From Octopus bimaculoides (taxonomy: Eukaryota), in contig NC_068981.1 of NCBI RefSeq assembly GCF_001194135.2, positions 198,550,804-198,588,189 on the forward strand: DNA of 37,386 nt. Reading direction: 5' to 3'. The notes below the pieces were generated by a model. The model was not told the DNA's origin. It searched no databases and worked only from the letters and a program-made list of their open reading frames with translations. Numbering within the stretch: the first letter of the stretch is position 1; every line of letters starts with the position of its first letter. Position numbers and translations under genes: made by a program. Below are positions 10,529 through 21,960 of this stretch, piece by piece.

Positions 10529-11897
10529 AGTGATACATATGGTTTACTTTTCTGTTAAGGTAAGATCAAGAAAAAAATGTACTCCATTTGGTGAGAGATA
10601 AATATTTAATGTTCACAGTAGCTGGCCATAATAGTTTCATACATTGGAAGTGTTTTCTAGGCAGATCTTAATAACATACCGAGTGTCTCTAAGCAATCTT
10701 TGAGCTCTGAGCACATAGCCTATACAAGTTATAAATCTATTGTCCTGTTATGTAACTTGTATAAGCCATGTGTTTAGAAACACTAAATGTGTTATAAAAA
10801 CATTTCCATTGTATGAAACTATTAATAACTCATGACTATTTACTATGTACATTAAATAGTATATATGTATATAGTTACATATATTTATATAATGTAGAAG
10901 TGTAATTGTATATATTTATAAACATATTTATGTGTATAAATTTATATGCCTATGCATATATACACACTCCTTGTCCAGGTGGAAGTGTTTGACCCAATAT
11001 TTGTTGTAGTAGTGAGAATGTTAAAGACGAGAGAGTGTGTTGTCCCATTGATGAGTAATTTCACCTTTCTGGGCATTAACTGTTAGGATCCGTTCTTTCT
11101 AAATTGTTAATGGCTGATAGGGGATTCTGGAGTGTGACTTACCTGAGCACAATCATCAACGTGTAAACTGAGCTTGCTGGTGACCTGCTGCCTTTGGATG
11201 TTGAACAGATTACTGCTGAAGTAGAGCAGACAGTGTTCAGTCGTATGTAATCTTAAATGCTAAAAGACTCCAGATTTCCTGTCTTTGAACAACAATTTGT
11301 GCCATTGCTCCTGCATGGAGATTCACAAATGGACCATCAGGAATTCTGGGAATATTTTGCAGCTGTTTGCTCTATAAATATATCCATGCTGTAAAATAAG
11401 AAGCTAAGAAGAATAACAACTTTTAGGAAATAAAACTAATACGAGTGGAAACCAATACTGGAATGAGTTGGAAGAAGAACTCAATATGTGTGTTTTAGAA
11501 AATTTATTGTAAAAAAAAAAGATTGCTTAGTAAAATCTTTTGACAGCTTCACAAATGTAATTGAAGCATCTTCAAATGGGTCTCTGTGTCGTTTGAGGAA
11601 AAGAGTCTTTCTGAATACTCATCTTGATCTCCTTACCAAGATTCTCATTAGCCAGTCTGTGTTTTTATTCTCCTTTATGTTAGTGAGATATAGTCACATA
11701 CATTTGGTACATTAAGACCCTAGAGGCCAGCCTCTCTGCAGATTTGGTTGCCAGATGCAATAAACTCCAGCAGCAACACAGAAAGCACACAGCATCAATT
11801 GACAACATGTATTACATGTGTCTAACTTGTTTCTTACTTTAAGGACCCCTATAGTTACTGCCAGGCTGAAGGACCAAAAATGCAGATCCTACACCAG

Positions 11898-12063
11898 CCA
11901 TTTAGCATTTTGATTATTCTATCAAATGTAAAACTTATTTATTCACAATTTCAAACATTAATCGGTTATTATCTTGTACCTTAGATTTTGAAGGTGTGAC
12001 TATTTATTTTTGCAACGACATTACAGGGTAGGTGTGAGATGCTGGAAACGGTTGGTTTGAACA
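11898..12063. mobile_element. Degraded, inverted relative of the 1721-1941 MITE
   Basis: Aligns by eye to the reverse complement of 1721-1941 (attaatc..attatctt..ggtgtga..taggtgtgag..gtttgaa); one end is missing. Confidence 0.65.
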
Positions 12064-12774
12064 TTGATGGCAAACGGGGGATAACAGAAGAGATGGAGGA
12101 GAAACACCTTCAGATTTCCCAGGAGAAGTGAGGAAGAGAGGCATGCATGCAGATTTAATACTTCACCTCACCAACCAAATCTTTCAATGTCATGTCTGCT
12201 TTGGCTGATGTTACATGCCAAGTCTTGGGATGTTCTGATGCCAAGGGGTTCACCAGTGGAAGAATATGGTCATCATCAGATTCAGTGGACAACTATAGCA
12301 AACAACACACACACACACACACACATGTAGATATACATACACACGCACACTCCTATGTCGGTGCTGTGGACCTTCCTTTAATGGATTTTGGAAGCAGCTG
12401 ATTCAATTTCAAAGTCCGATGTGCTATGGGCTCATTGCTCCATGGTTTTGCCCCTTTTTTTTTATTGTATTCCTCTGTCTTTCACGATGTAATTGTTGAT
12501 ATTAGCCACTCCTAACGTAACTTAACCTTAGTGTCGGTACCTATGGACTATCGCTTTCCTCGGACCAGTGTTCCCCCTTGTAGTCTGTAGTACTGAGGTA
12601 TGAGTGTATATATATCTACACACACACACACACACAAACACATTGTTTAATTTATTCATGCGTTGAGTAAAGAGGGTTGCATAATATCTGAACTAATGTC
12701 TTTTATCCTTTTTAGGTCAACTGGATACAAGAATATTTATTTTATGTATGAATAAACATTAAAACAATGATGCT

Positions 12775-12873
12775 ATCCTCCTCCTCCTCCTCATCTTTTA
12801 ACATCTGTTGTCCATGCTGGCATGGGTTAGATGGTTTGACCAGGGCTGGTAAGCTGAGGGGCTGCACCAGAGC
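12775..12873 (-). mobile_element. Short RTE 3' end
   Basis: tttaacatctgttgtccatgctggcatgggttagatggtttgacc next to a (CCT)n/(CAT) tail. Confidence 0.75.
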
Positions 12874-13207
12874 TTACCAGACCTGGTCAAATCATGAGTG
12901 CGTAGACATGCGTTCATTTGTAGATGCATGTATATGTATGAGGGCAAAGGGAAAAATATCGAGTAACACTATTTCTCACTTCCTTCACAAGACCTGGGAT
13001 ATGAACTCCCCACTACAGTTATCATATATGTGGGTGTGTAATATGTACATAGACTTATGACTGTGTGATTGTATGGACATGTGTGTGTATATAGATATAT
13101 ACATGTATATACAGACTTTATTAACAAGTCTCAAAGATATCACAAAAACTTACTCAGAGTTTCACGTTCCCATTCGTTGGACAGTTTTGTTTAGATTCAA
13201 TGAAGCA

Positions 13208-13330
<123 letters not shown>

Positions 13331-13582
13331 GCATAGATAAGATCGATGTTGCTGATCAAAAACCGATAACAACACTAACACACACATACAGGAATAAGCA
13401 CACACATACAGCCCTACCCACACACATTGGACTCTGATCATACAACACACACACACACACACAACCCAAGGTTATAAAAACTAAAAAAAAAAATACAAAA
13501 AAAAAAGAACCAGAATTTTATTTGTGACAAGGTGAGCAGTTGAAAGTAAAGAAGAAGAAATTAAGTTGAATTCACCTCAGCA

Positions 13583-13789
13583 CATTTTTTTTTTCAAGCC
13601 TGGTACCTCTTTTGCTATATATATATGGTGGGCGTCTTTCAGTTTCTTTCTACCAAACCCACTTGCATGGCTTTGGTTGGTCTGAGGCTATAGGTGGAGA
13701 CACTTGCCCAAGGTGCCATGCTGTGAGACTGAACCTGGGACCATGTGGTTGGAAGGCAAACGTCTTACCACGCAACCATGCTTGCACCT
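13583..13789 (-). mobile_element. tRNA-derived SINE (head type A) with short microsatellite and deleted tail type 1
   Basis: Reverse complement gcatggttgcgtggtaaga...caaccacatggtcccaggttcagtc...ggcaccttgggcaagtgtc; homologous to 19480-19636 and 23392-23605. Confidence 0.8.
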
Positions 13790-14834
13790 GTGAGCCCCAA
13801 CAGTGATGGTTTCCACTTGAATTAATTAATTAGTGAAACAATCTGGTTTTTCTGTTTATTTTACATCACCAAGGAGATGCCCATTGAAAGACCCTTCCCT
13901 TTTCAGTCTTTGCTGTTATGTATACATCTGAGGATGTGGTTGAGTATCTACATCGGTGAAACTTTCATATGGAGTTGAGTCACTCGTTTTTTTTTTAAAC
14001 GAGTCCAACTCTAAATATGTCGAGTGCTACTTTTTGTGTTTGTTCACCAACTTGTATGTTCATATACATACATTATTATACATACATGTGTGTGTGTATA
14101 ATAAACGCTTATTACAAGGTTTTAAAGACAACACAGCCATAAGAAGCGAGAGAACGAAAGAAAACAATGGAAGTGCAGTGTTTCTCTCCCAGAAGGATCC
14201 TGTGACAAACAGCTCAAGGTTACTCGTTCCTGGTGGTTTTAATGTTCGCCCGGATCTCATCCAAGGCGTCAGGTTGGTACAGTTTTATACTAATTCACAC
14301 ATAACTGGGGGCCTGGCAGGGGTTACTACAGTGGAGCAATGGTTGCATGTATACATATATATGTGTATTTATATATATATATAAACTTGTGAGCATCTGT
14401 AAGCTTTCAACTGCTGGTAAGTTGTTTGCAAAAAGAATTATTATCTCCCCTGGATCGCTTTGTTTTTTTATCACTTATACTGATTCCCTCCCTTGAATTG
14501 CATTTTCTCAGCCTGCTGTTGTTCTCAATTCCATCCTTTACCAGTTTTCATCAAAGTTATCGTCACGTGAAGCATGCCCCAAGGGATTTCTTGTCTCACT
14601 CAGCGGAGCAAATAATTCCCAAAGTGAAATCTAGACCTGTTAAAAATAGCAGCCAAGTTTCCATCCGACAACATGTGATTATATAAAAAAGTGACTAACA
14701 CATGAGATAATGTAGTTCAAGATATCCACTGTAAGAAAAAAGTGGAGATGGCCATGGCTGGGATGCTTTTGGTCGTAAAGTTGCTTGGTTGAGGCTGACA
14801 AACAACAGTTGTTAATTTGGTTTTTGGTGTATGT

Positions 14835-15182
14835 GAATTCTTCCATATTGTCTAACACCCGTGGACATGTTTACAAAGTCAGAAAACAGCACAGCTCCCA
14901 TGACTTTCGGAAACATTTTTTCACGCTAAGAGTTGCCGAAGTATGGAACAGACTTCCAGCATCAGTTGTTAGTTGTCGGAGCATTGCATCCTTCAAAGCT
15001 TCCATGCTTCCTAAGATTCGCCAACACTACACCTGATTTTCTCCCCTCCATACACACACAAGCATGGATCTGACTCCTACACTGTTCACTTTCCAGACAT
15101 TTGTACATTACTGCATATGCTTTATATGCACTTTTGACAAGTTGTAGTGCACCTGAGCACTGTATACAATAATTTTATTATA
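14835..15182 (+). mobile_element. CR1-type LINE 3' fragment
   Basis: NTRGHVYKVRKQ...RKHFFTLRVAEVWNRLPASVV...FK matches the CR1 RT C-terminal pattern TRGH..K...FF..RV...WN.LP..VV; ends in an ATT-rich tail. Confidence 0.85.
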
Positions 15183-15184
15183 TG

Positions 15185-15418
15185 AACTGAAGGCAAGGAT
15201 TATGGCAGCATTCACCAACTTAAACAAGGAGACCATCCAGAAGAGTTGCAGGAGATTCCAAAGTCGACTGGAGGATGTGATTGAAGCCAATGGCGATTTT
15301 ATTGAATAAATTTTCTTTTTAGTATGTTAAGATATCTTTATGTAATTTTGGTAAATATATCTGTTAAAATGAGATGTCAGTGTTATTTTCCTTTTTGCAT
15401 AATTTAGACGACACCCTG
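15185..15418 (+). mobile_element. Tc1/mariner 3' fragment with terminal inverted repeat
   Basis: Encodes LKARIMAAFTNLNKETIQKSCRRFQSRLEDVIEANGDFIE* (transposase C-terminus); ends ...acaccctg followed by TA (15419-15420). Confidence 0.8.
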
Positions 15419-15740
15419 TATATGTGTGATGCTGGTTGATTTAGGGAGAGGAGGGGAGAGAGAGTTAATAGAAGAAGTGCAGGATGAATGCTCCTATTGG
15501 GCTGGGTGGCAGGCAGGGAGTAAAGGAAAGCCAGACACACAAGGAAAAAGAGAATCATAGAAAGTGAGGAGGAGTTGTACAAATAGGAAATTAATTTTAT
15601 TTCAAGCCAATAAATATATTTCTTTCGAAAATTAGTATTCATTTCATCATTTTGTATAAACACCAAGAAATTTGACAAATGTTAAATTATAATTATGGTA
15701 CACCTGTCCATATTTCCTGACATTATCCTTTCTGGTAAAT

Positions 15741-15960
15741 AAGGCAGGTGAGCTGGCAGAATCGTTAGCACGCCAGGTGAAGTGCTTAGTGGTATTTTGT
15801 CTGCCATTATGTTCTGAGTTCAAATTCCGCTGAGGTTGAGTTTGCCTTTCATCCTTTCAGGGTCGATAAATTAAGTACCAGTTATGCACTGGAGTTGATG
15901 TAATTGACTTAATCCCTTTGTTTGTCCCCTCTATGTTTAGCCCCTTGTGGGCAAAAAAGA
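15741..15960 (+). mobile_element. Full-length tRNA-derived SINE (head type B) with target-site duplication
   Basis: ggtgagctggcagaatcgttagcacg...ctgagttcaaattcc; flanked by attatcctttctggtaaa (15722-15739) and attatccttcctggtaaa (15965-15982), 17 of 18 identical. Confidence 0.85.
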
Positions 15961-16004
15961 CATAATTATCCTTCCTGGTAAAACTATACTTCCAGAGTAA
16001 CACA

Positions 16005-16068
16005 AGGCCCAAGTGAGGATTGAACTTACAGCCCCTAGTTTTCAAAACCAGTGCTACAACTATGGAGG
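16005..16068 (-). pseudogene. Degenerate tRNA-like sequence (tRNA-Thr-like pseudogene or SINE head)
   Basis: Reverse complement ctccatagttgtagcactggttttgaaaactaggggctgtaagttcaatcctcacttgggcct resembles tRNA-Thr(TGT) by eye, with a D-arm deletion and a mutated anticodon loop. Confidence 0.4.
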
Positions 16069-17082
16069 ACAAGAACAGATATACTTCCAGAGTCACTCAG
16101 CGTATAATGGATATCACTCTAAAATAGATCTTGTCATACACTCTACCTGTATCCCACCTTTGGTCCATCCATCATTCCTGCTCACTGCTTCCCCATCCCT
16201 TACTGCCCACCTCTCCCTAGTGCTGCTTCCATCATAAAAGAAACACAACACACATTGTTGCACAGTCGTAAGTATTTAGTAGCTCAACAATTCATTTTGA
16301 TCTTAACATGGAGGTCCTGCAGATTTTGAAACTATTTTTATCAAGCTAAAAGTTAATAAGGATTCCCACCTTCCTTTCTGCCCTTTCATGTAACTGGGGA
16401 TCACACGGATGAGATGATAATAGGGTACCTTAACCAACCTACAGCTTTGCCTAACCCCCATTTTGGCTCAGAAGGGCTCAGCTTTCTGTTCTCCAATGTT
16501 ACCCTGAGCCAGTGTTCCTTGGTGGAGTCGATTCAAATTTTGACAGACATTCACACTTCCTGACAATATCTGACACAAGTTCCCTGTTAGCTGCTTTTAA
16601 AAAGCCTTCCACACATGTATAAATGCATTAAACATCTCCCCTCTCTACATCTCTCATGAAGCCACTCTGTAATAAATACCATGGCAACTGTTCTCGCACC
16701 TGTGGAGTCACACTGTGACTGATGTGTCTCTTTTTATTGACTGGGTGAGTTTCTTTTGTGTCGACAGCAATTTTATACCCTGACTAATCAAGCAAACAGA
16801 TTTATCTCCCCTTTATCGTTGAGACCAAACGCTGTAAGGTCGAAATAGAAATATTTGGTTCTGTGACGTAGTGATGGAACACTTTGTCGCAGAGGGAACC
16901 ATTCTTCACCCAAATCTCTGCTAGAATGTTGTTTGGTCCAGGAGATAATCTATTTGAAAGCTGCACTAATTGTAGCAAAGGTTGGCGGTTTGTCTAAGTG
17001 ATGGGTGACAGGTTTTTTGGAAAATTTCTCCCAGGAAGCTTGCTTCCAGACCATACAGTTTCAGAAACAAGCCCATTGCGCA

Positions 17083-17313
17083 TATATCTATATGTGTGTG
17101 TGTGTGTTATTGTGTTTACCCCCCCCCCCCCCCCGCTTGACAACAGGTGTTGGTGTGTTTACATCCCCACAACTGAATGGTTCAGCAAAAGAGGTCATCT
17201 TTTAAGAGAGTCTTATAAATGACGACTGGATGCGATTCATTCGACAAAAAATTCTTCAAGGTGGTGCCCCAGCATGGCCACAGTCTAATGACTGAAAGAA
17301 GTAAAAGATAAGA
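17083..17313 (+). mobile_element. SINE tail type 1 with preceding microsatellite
   Basis: (TG)n, C-run, cgcttgacaac...ccagcatggccacagtctaatgactgaaagaagtaaaaga. Confidence 0.8.
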
Positions 17314-17730
17314 AATGCCAGTTGGATCGTTTAGGTTAGGCTGCTTTAGCAACTGACTGAAGCATTCTCCCCCTGACTGCATTATTGGTGAGAAGCCTTT
17401 CAGCAGAACTGTGACATCTTAATCCCTCAATAGGTTTTATGGAACAAATCCGTGGAGTCATAGAAGATCTTGATTGTATCCTACAACCCTATCCCTGCAT
17501 CTGGATTTCATGAAGGGGAAAGTCTGTCACTATTTTTATAGATTGTGTCTGGAATGGTTCTGTGGTGCCTGTGACAATGAATGAGGTGGCCATTTCTACA
17601 GGAATCCTCACTGAATTTGTTTTTCTTTTTTCAACTTGAATCCAATAGTTTTATTGTCAGAATTTTAAAATGTGGAATTGAAGGAGGTTTATTTGCCATC
17701 CATTCCAACTTTGAAGAAAGGTTTGCTGTT

Positions 17731-17800
17731 CCCAGTCAGGTGGCACTGGCAACGACCAAACTCGAATGGTGCTTTTTACATGCCACCAGCATGGGAGCCA
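17731..17800 (-). mobile_element. Internal fragment of the RTE 3'UTR repeat unit
   Basis: cccagtcaggtggcactggcaacgacc...gctttttacatgccaccagcatgggagcca. Confidence 0.7.
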
Positions 17801-18354
17801 AATCATTGTTGTTAGATATTTACAACTATTTTTCCATGGGACAAATGAGAGTCAATCATGCATCAGGTGTTCTGGAAAACAAAAGGGACTGGAACTGGTG
17901 TGTTGCTGTGGGAGGAAGGAGATGAAAACTTAGGTAAATGAGTAATTTTTATGAAGCATAACGAGTGTGGGAACCTTTTGATACAGGCTTGTAAGTAGAA
18001 AGGCAATTGCTAGCAGATGGAGGTGGTGGTGGTGGCGAGCAAAAATGTGCAATGTTTATGAAGATAAAAGAGCTTAGTTTGTGTTTTGTTGAGGGTAATG
18101 TCACATTGTATGAAAAAAGTGTGCTTAGGGACATGTTGCCTGTTGGATCATGGGTTATCACAGAATGGAACTGGGGACAGTCTGTAGAAGATCATGGAAC
18201 TGGTCAGCAAAGGGACCCTCTGTTTTATATTAATGAAACAGGACCTAGTTTGCATGTAATGTAGTTGATGGTATTGCCATTTATACAATTTATGTTCTCA
18301 TGCAATTTAAGGTTGGTGATTTCTAATGTTAGACACGAGAGGAGATGTTTAGTA

Positions 18355-18875
18355 CAGGGTGCTTGGGAGAAATGAGACAGTTTGCATAAAAGGGAAAGAA
18401 AACACAGCATCCCATCCCAAAAAATAAAAACATTCTAGTTGAGTGGGGAGATGAACAATTTCCATTCTGTGATGAACAATTTCCTCAAAGCAGCCACCCT
18501 TGGCTTCCTTCATGACCTCAAGATGGCCTCTGCAATGTGGCACATGCATTCCTCACTGTGTCCCTAGGAAAATCTTGAAACACCTCCTTGATCTTGGTCA
18601 TCAGCTCAGCCTTGGCACAGTGGATGCTGTCTTTTTCAATTGTGCCCCACACATAGTAAGGATTACAATCAGGGGAATTAAGGGGCCAGAAATAGGGGCT
18701 GGTGAAGTTGTAATAATTCCCTGACAACTACTTCTGACTCTTTCTGGAAATATGGCAAGGAGCCAAATCCTGCTGCCACACATATGGCCTTCAAGCAGCA
18801 CCCTCCCCAGCCAGGCATTCACCACAGTCTCCATCAGCTTTATATATTCAAGAGGAAGCAGAACCACTGAAATCA
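18355..18875 (-). mobile_element. Tc1/mariner transposase pseudogene, probably DD37D (maT) type
   Basis: TA then CAGGGTG terminus at 18353-18361; minus frame reads YVWQQDLAPCHISRKSQK*LSGNYYNFTSPYFWPLNSPDCNPYYVWG, the WPxxSPDxNP(LD)YxWG motif lacking the LD codons. Confidence 0.85.
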
Positions 18876-19012
18876 TTGAGTTTATTGGCTGATTTGAAAC
18901 CTTGTCTCAATATCTACAACAGTGTTCTGATGAACTTTCAAGTTGTGAATTGACCTGTGGCTATCCATAGGGCTGCTTTGTGGGTTAGGTTTGAACCCAG
19001 AATCTTGTGGTT

Positions 19013-19441
19013 CATCATCATCATCATCGTTATTTTAACGTCCACTTTTCTTTGCTTGAATGGGTCAGATGGAATTGGTTGAGGCAGATTTTCAATATTC
19101 AGATAGGAGGTCCTGTCACTAATCCTCACTTGTCTCCAAGCAACAAGATACTTCTCCATGGCCAGACAAGTTTTTCATGGAAGACTAGAAACAAACAACC
19201 TCACTTGTATGAGGGTGACACTCATTTACAACCATCACACCATGTCAAGACAAAGCCACACACACACACACATGCTCACACACACACATGCTCATATGTA
19301 TGCACACACACACACACATGATTATATGCGTGCACACATGCTCACACGCACACACATGCACATTCATACACACACACATGTGTGTGTATGGATGTGCATG
19401 CACATACATGCTCACACACACATGCTCATACACACATGCAC

Positions 19442-19479
<38 letters not shown>

Positions 19480-19636
19480 TAGACTTCTTTCAGTTTCTCT
19501 CTTTGGAATTAATTCCCAAGGCTTTGGTTGGTCCAGCGCTAGAGTAGAAGACCCTTGTCTCAGGTGCCACACAGTGGGACTGAACTCAGAACCACATGGC
19601 TGCAAAGTGGGTCTCTTAGACCACACAGCCATGCTT
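19013..19636 (-). mobile_element. Composite SINE: head type A + degenerate (TG)n spacer + RTE-like tail type 2
   Basis: Head 19480-19636, microsatellite 19258-19476, tail 19013-19257 ending aaaagtggacgttaaaataacgatgatgatgatg on the minus strand. Confidence 0.75.
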
Positions 19637-20264
19637 GGATGGGGACATATTTCTTCACCACAAAACTCTACCAGAATCTCAATAAAATTCTTCTGCAATG
19701 TCTGTTGCTCTGTAGTATTAAAATGAAGAATGGTAAATGCTCTTATTAAAGCAGTTACTCTCTCTGGTTGCTAGGCAACTAACGAAATGTAAGTATCATT
19801 ATTTTTCTCCCAAGACACTCCAACTTATTCTGGGATTCTTGCAAATGTCCACAAACTGTCATTAGTTTCTGATGCCCTAAATGTCAGCTACATTTGGATT
19901 AAAAATCTTAAAATCATAAAATCTACCAAACTTCAGACAATTCCATTGCAAAGCAGAAGATGAAGGAAACTAAGTTGTTTTTTCTTTGACCAAAATTCTT
20001 GAAATAATGGCAGAGAAAATATCTAAAACATAATTTGGCTTTGATTTGATGGAGTTTCCACAAATCTTCTCATTAGAATTGATTGAATTCTTTGATTAGT
20101 AATGGTAATGAAGAAAAGTCACAACCTGATGGAAAGATGCTGAGCTGACAATCCAATTATATTTGGTTGCTATGGATACTTGGTCTTGGTTTTTCTCAAA
20201 TCCACAAATTTGGACAGTGTGTAATGTTAAGGAGTTGATGTTGCAGTTACGGTACATATGATGG

Positions 20265-20400
20265 TTATGATGATGATGAGGAGGAGGAGGAAAAGGAGGC
20301 TGGTGATGGTGATAATGTTAATGATGATGATGATAATTCAGACAATGACGAAGATGATAATCATAATGATGATAACGGTGATGGTGGTAGCGGTAATGAT
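20265..20400. repeat. Mosaic trinucleotide microsatellite (GAT/GAG/GGT/AAT)
   Basis: Visible triplet runs. Confidence 0.8.
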
Positions 20401-20486
20401 TTTATAAACATTTTCTTTGTAGCAAATTTAATTGGGCTTATCTACCACTTTAATCAAAATTTGTTAATTATAAATTGGTATTCTGA

Positions 20487-21822
20487 GGTCTAGAATCGAA
20501 GGGCCTTAGAATCAATCTAGTAAAAACCAAAGTCTTAATAAGTAGGAAAGCAGACAAATCACACACCCCTTCAGGCAGATGACCCTACTCAATCTGTAGA
20601 AAAGGTGTAGGTAGAAACTCCATAAGATGCACCCAGTGCAAGCTATGGACACCTAAGAGGTGCAGCAATATCAAAGGAAGGTTAACTGGGAAGATAGATT
20701 TTGTATGTGGCAAATGCTCAGGAGCAATAAACACTGAAAATGTGCAGAGAACAACTTCTGCCATATTCCAGGGGGAAAAACTAGAAGTAGTTGATAGCTT
20801 CTGTTACCTAGGGGACTAAGTCAGTAGCGGGGGTGGATGCTCTGAGAGTGTAGCTGCTAGAATAAGAATAGCCTGGGCAAAGTTCAGACAGCTCTTACCT
20901 ATGCTGGTGACAAAAGGACTCTCACTCAGAGTAAAAGGCAGACTGTATGACGCATGCGTACGAACAGCCATGCTACACAGCAGTGAAACATGGGCTGTGA
21001 CTGCTGAGGACATGCGTAGGCTCGAAAGAAATGAAGCTAGTATGCTCCACTGGATGTGTAATGTCAGTGTGCACACATGACAGAGTATAAGCGCCTTGAG
21101 AGAAAAGTTGGACCTAAGAAGCATCAGATATGGTGTGCAACAGAGATGACTGTGTTGGTATGGTCATGTGTTGCGAATGGATGAGGACAGCTGTGTGAAG
21201 AAGTGCTGCACTCTAACAGCGGAGAGAACCTGTGCAAGAGGTAAACCCGGGAAGACCTGGGATGAGGGGGTGAAGCACGACCTTCAGATGTTTGGCCTCA
21301 CCGAGGTGATGACAAGTGACAGAGACCTTTGGAGATATGCCGTGCTTGAGAAGACCTGGGATGCCAAGTGAGACCGTAACCATGGCCTATGCCAGTGCAG
21401 CATAACCGGCCCATTTAAGAGTACGCTTCAATCATTGGGCAATAAACTGCCCTTGCAAAGACCTGTTGAGGCAAGTGAAATCATTGTCGTGGCTGATGAC
21501 AGTACTGCTTGATTGGCACCTGTGCTGGTGGCATGTGAAAAGTACCATTCAAGTGTGGTTGATGCCAGTGCCAGCTGACTGGTCACGTCCCAGTGGCATG
21601 TAAAAGCACCATTCAAGCATGGTCAATGCCAGTACTGCTCGACTGGCTCCCACGCTGGTGGCATGTAAAAACACCCACCACACTCTCGGAGGGGTTGGCA
21701 TTAGGAAGGGCGTTCAGCCGTAGAAACTTTGCCATATTAGATTGGAGCCTGGTGCAGCCTTCTGGCTTGCCAGCCCTCAGTCAAACCGTTCAACCCATGC
21801 CAGCATGGAAAGCGGATGTAAG
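20487..21822 (+). mobile_element. 5'-truncated RTE-clade LINE; pseudo-ORF 20487-21371 in one frame with 4 internal stops
   Basis: GLESKGLRINLVKTKVLI...LEVVDSFCYLGD*...ARIRIAWAKF...ETWAV...WYGHVLRM...KTW; followed by 3'UTR tandem units and the tail core. Confidence 0.92.
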
Positions 21823-21960
21823 AAAGTAAAACTTCATATACACCAGTGAATAGCGAGTGACAAAGAGACTGGAGAAGGAAGGTGTCGAAACTGGGAGATT
21901 CTTCTGCTAATGATGGGTTCAGAAAAGTAGTAGGTGATGTGTATAATCTTTTCTGTGATA

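Noticed and set aside
18450-18484. 14-bp direct repeat gatgaacaatttcc
   Set aside because: A small local duplication inside a dead mariner copy with no wider pattern.
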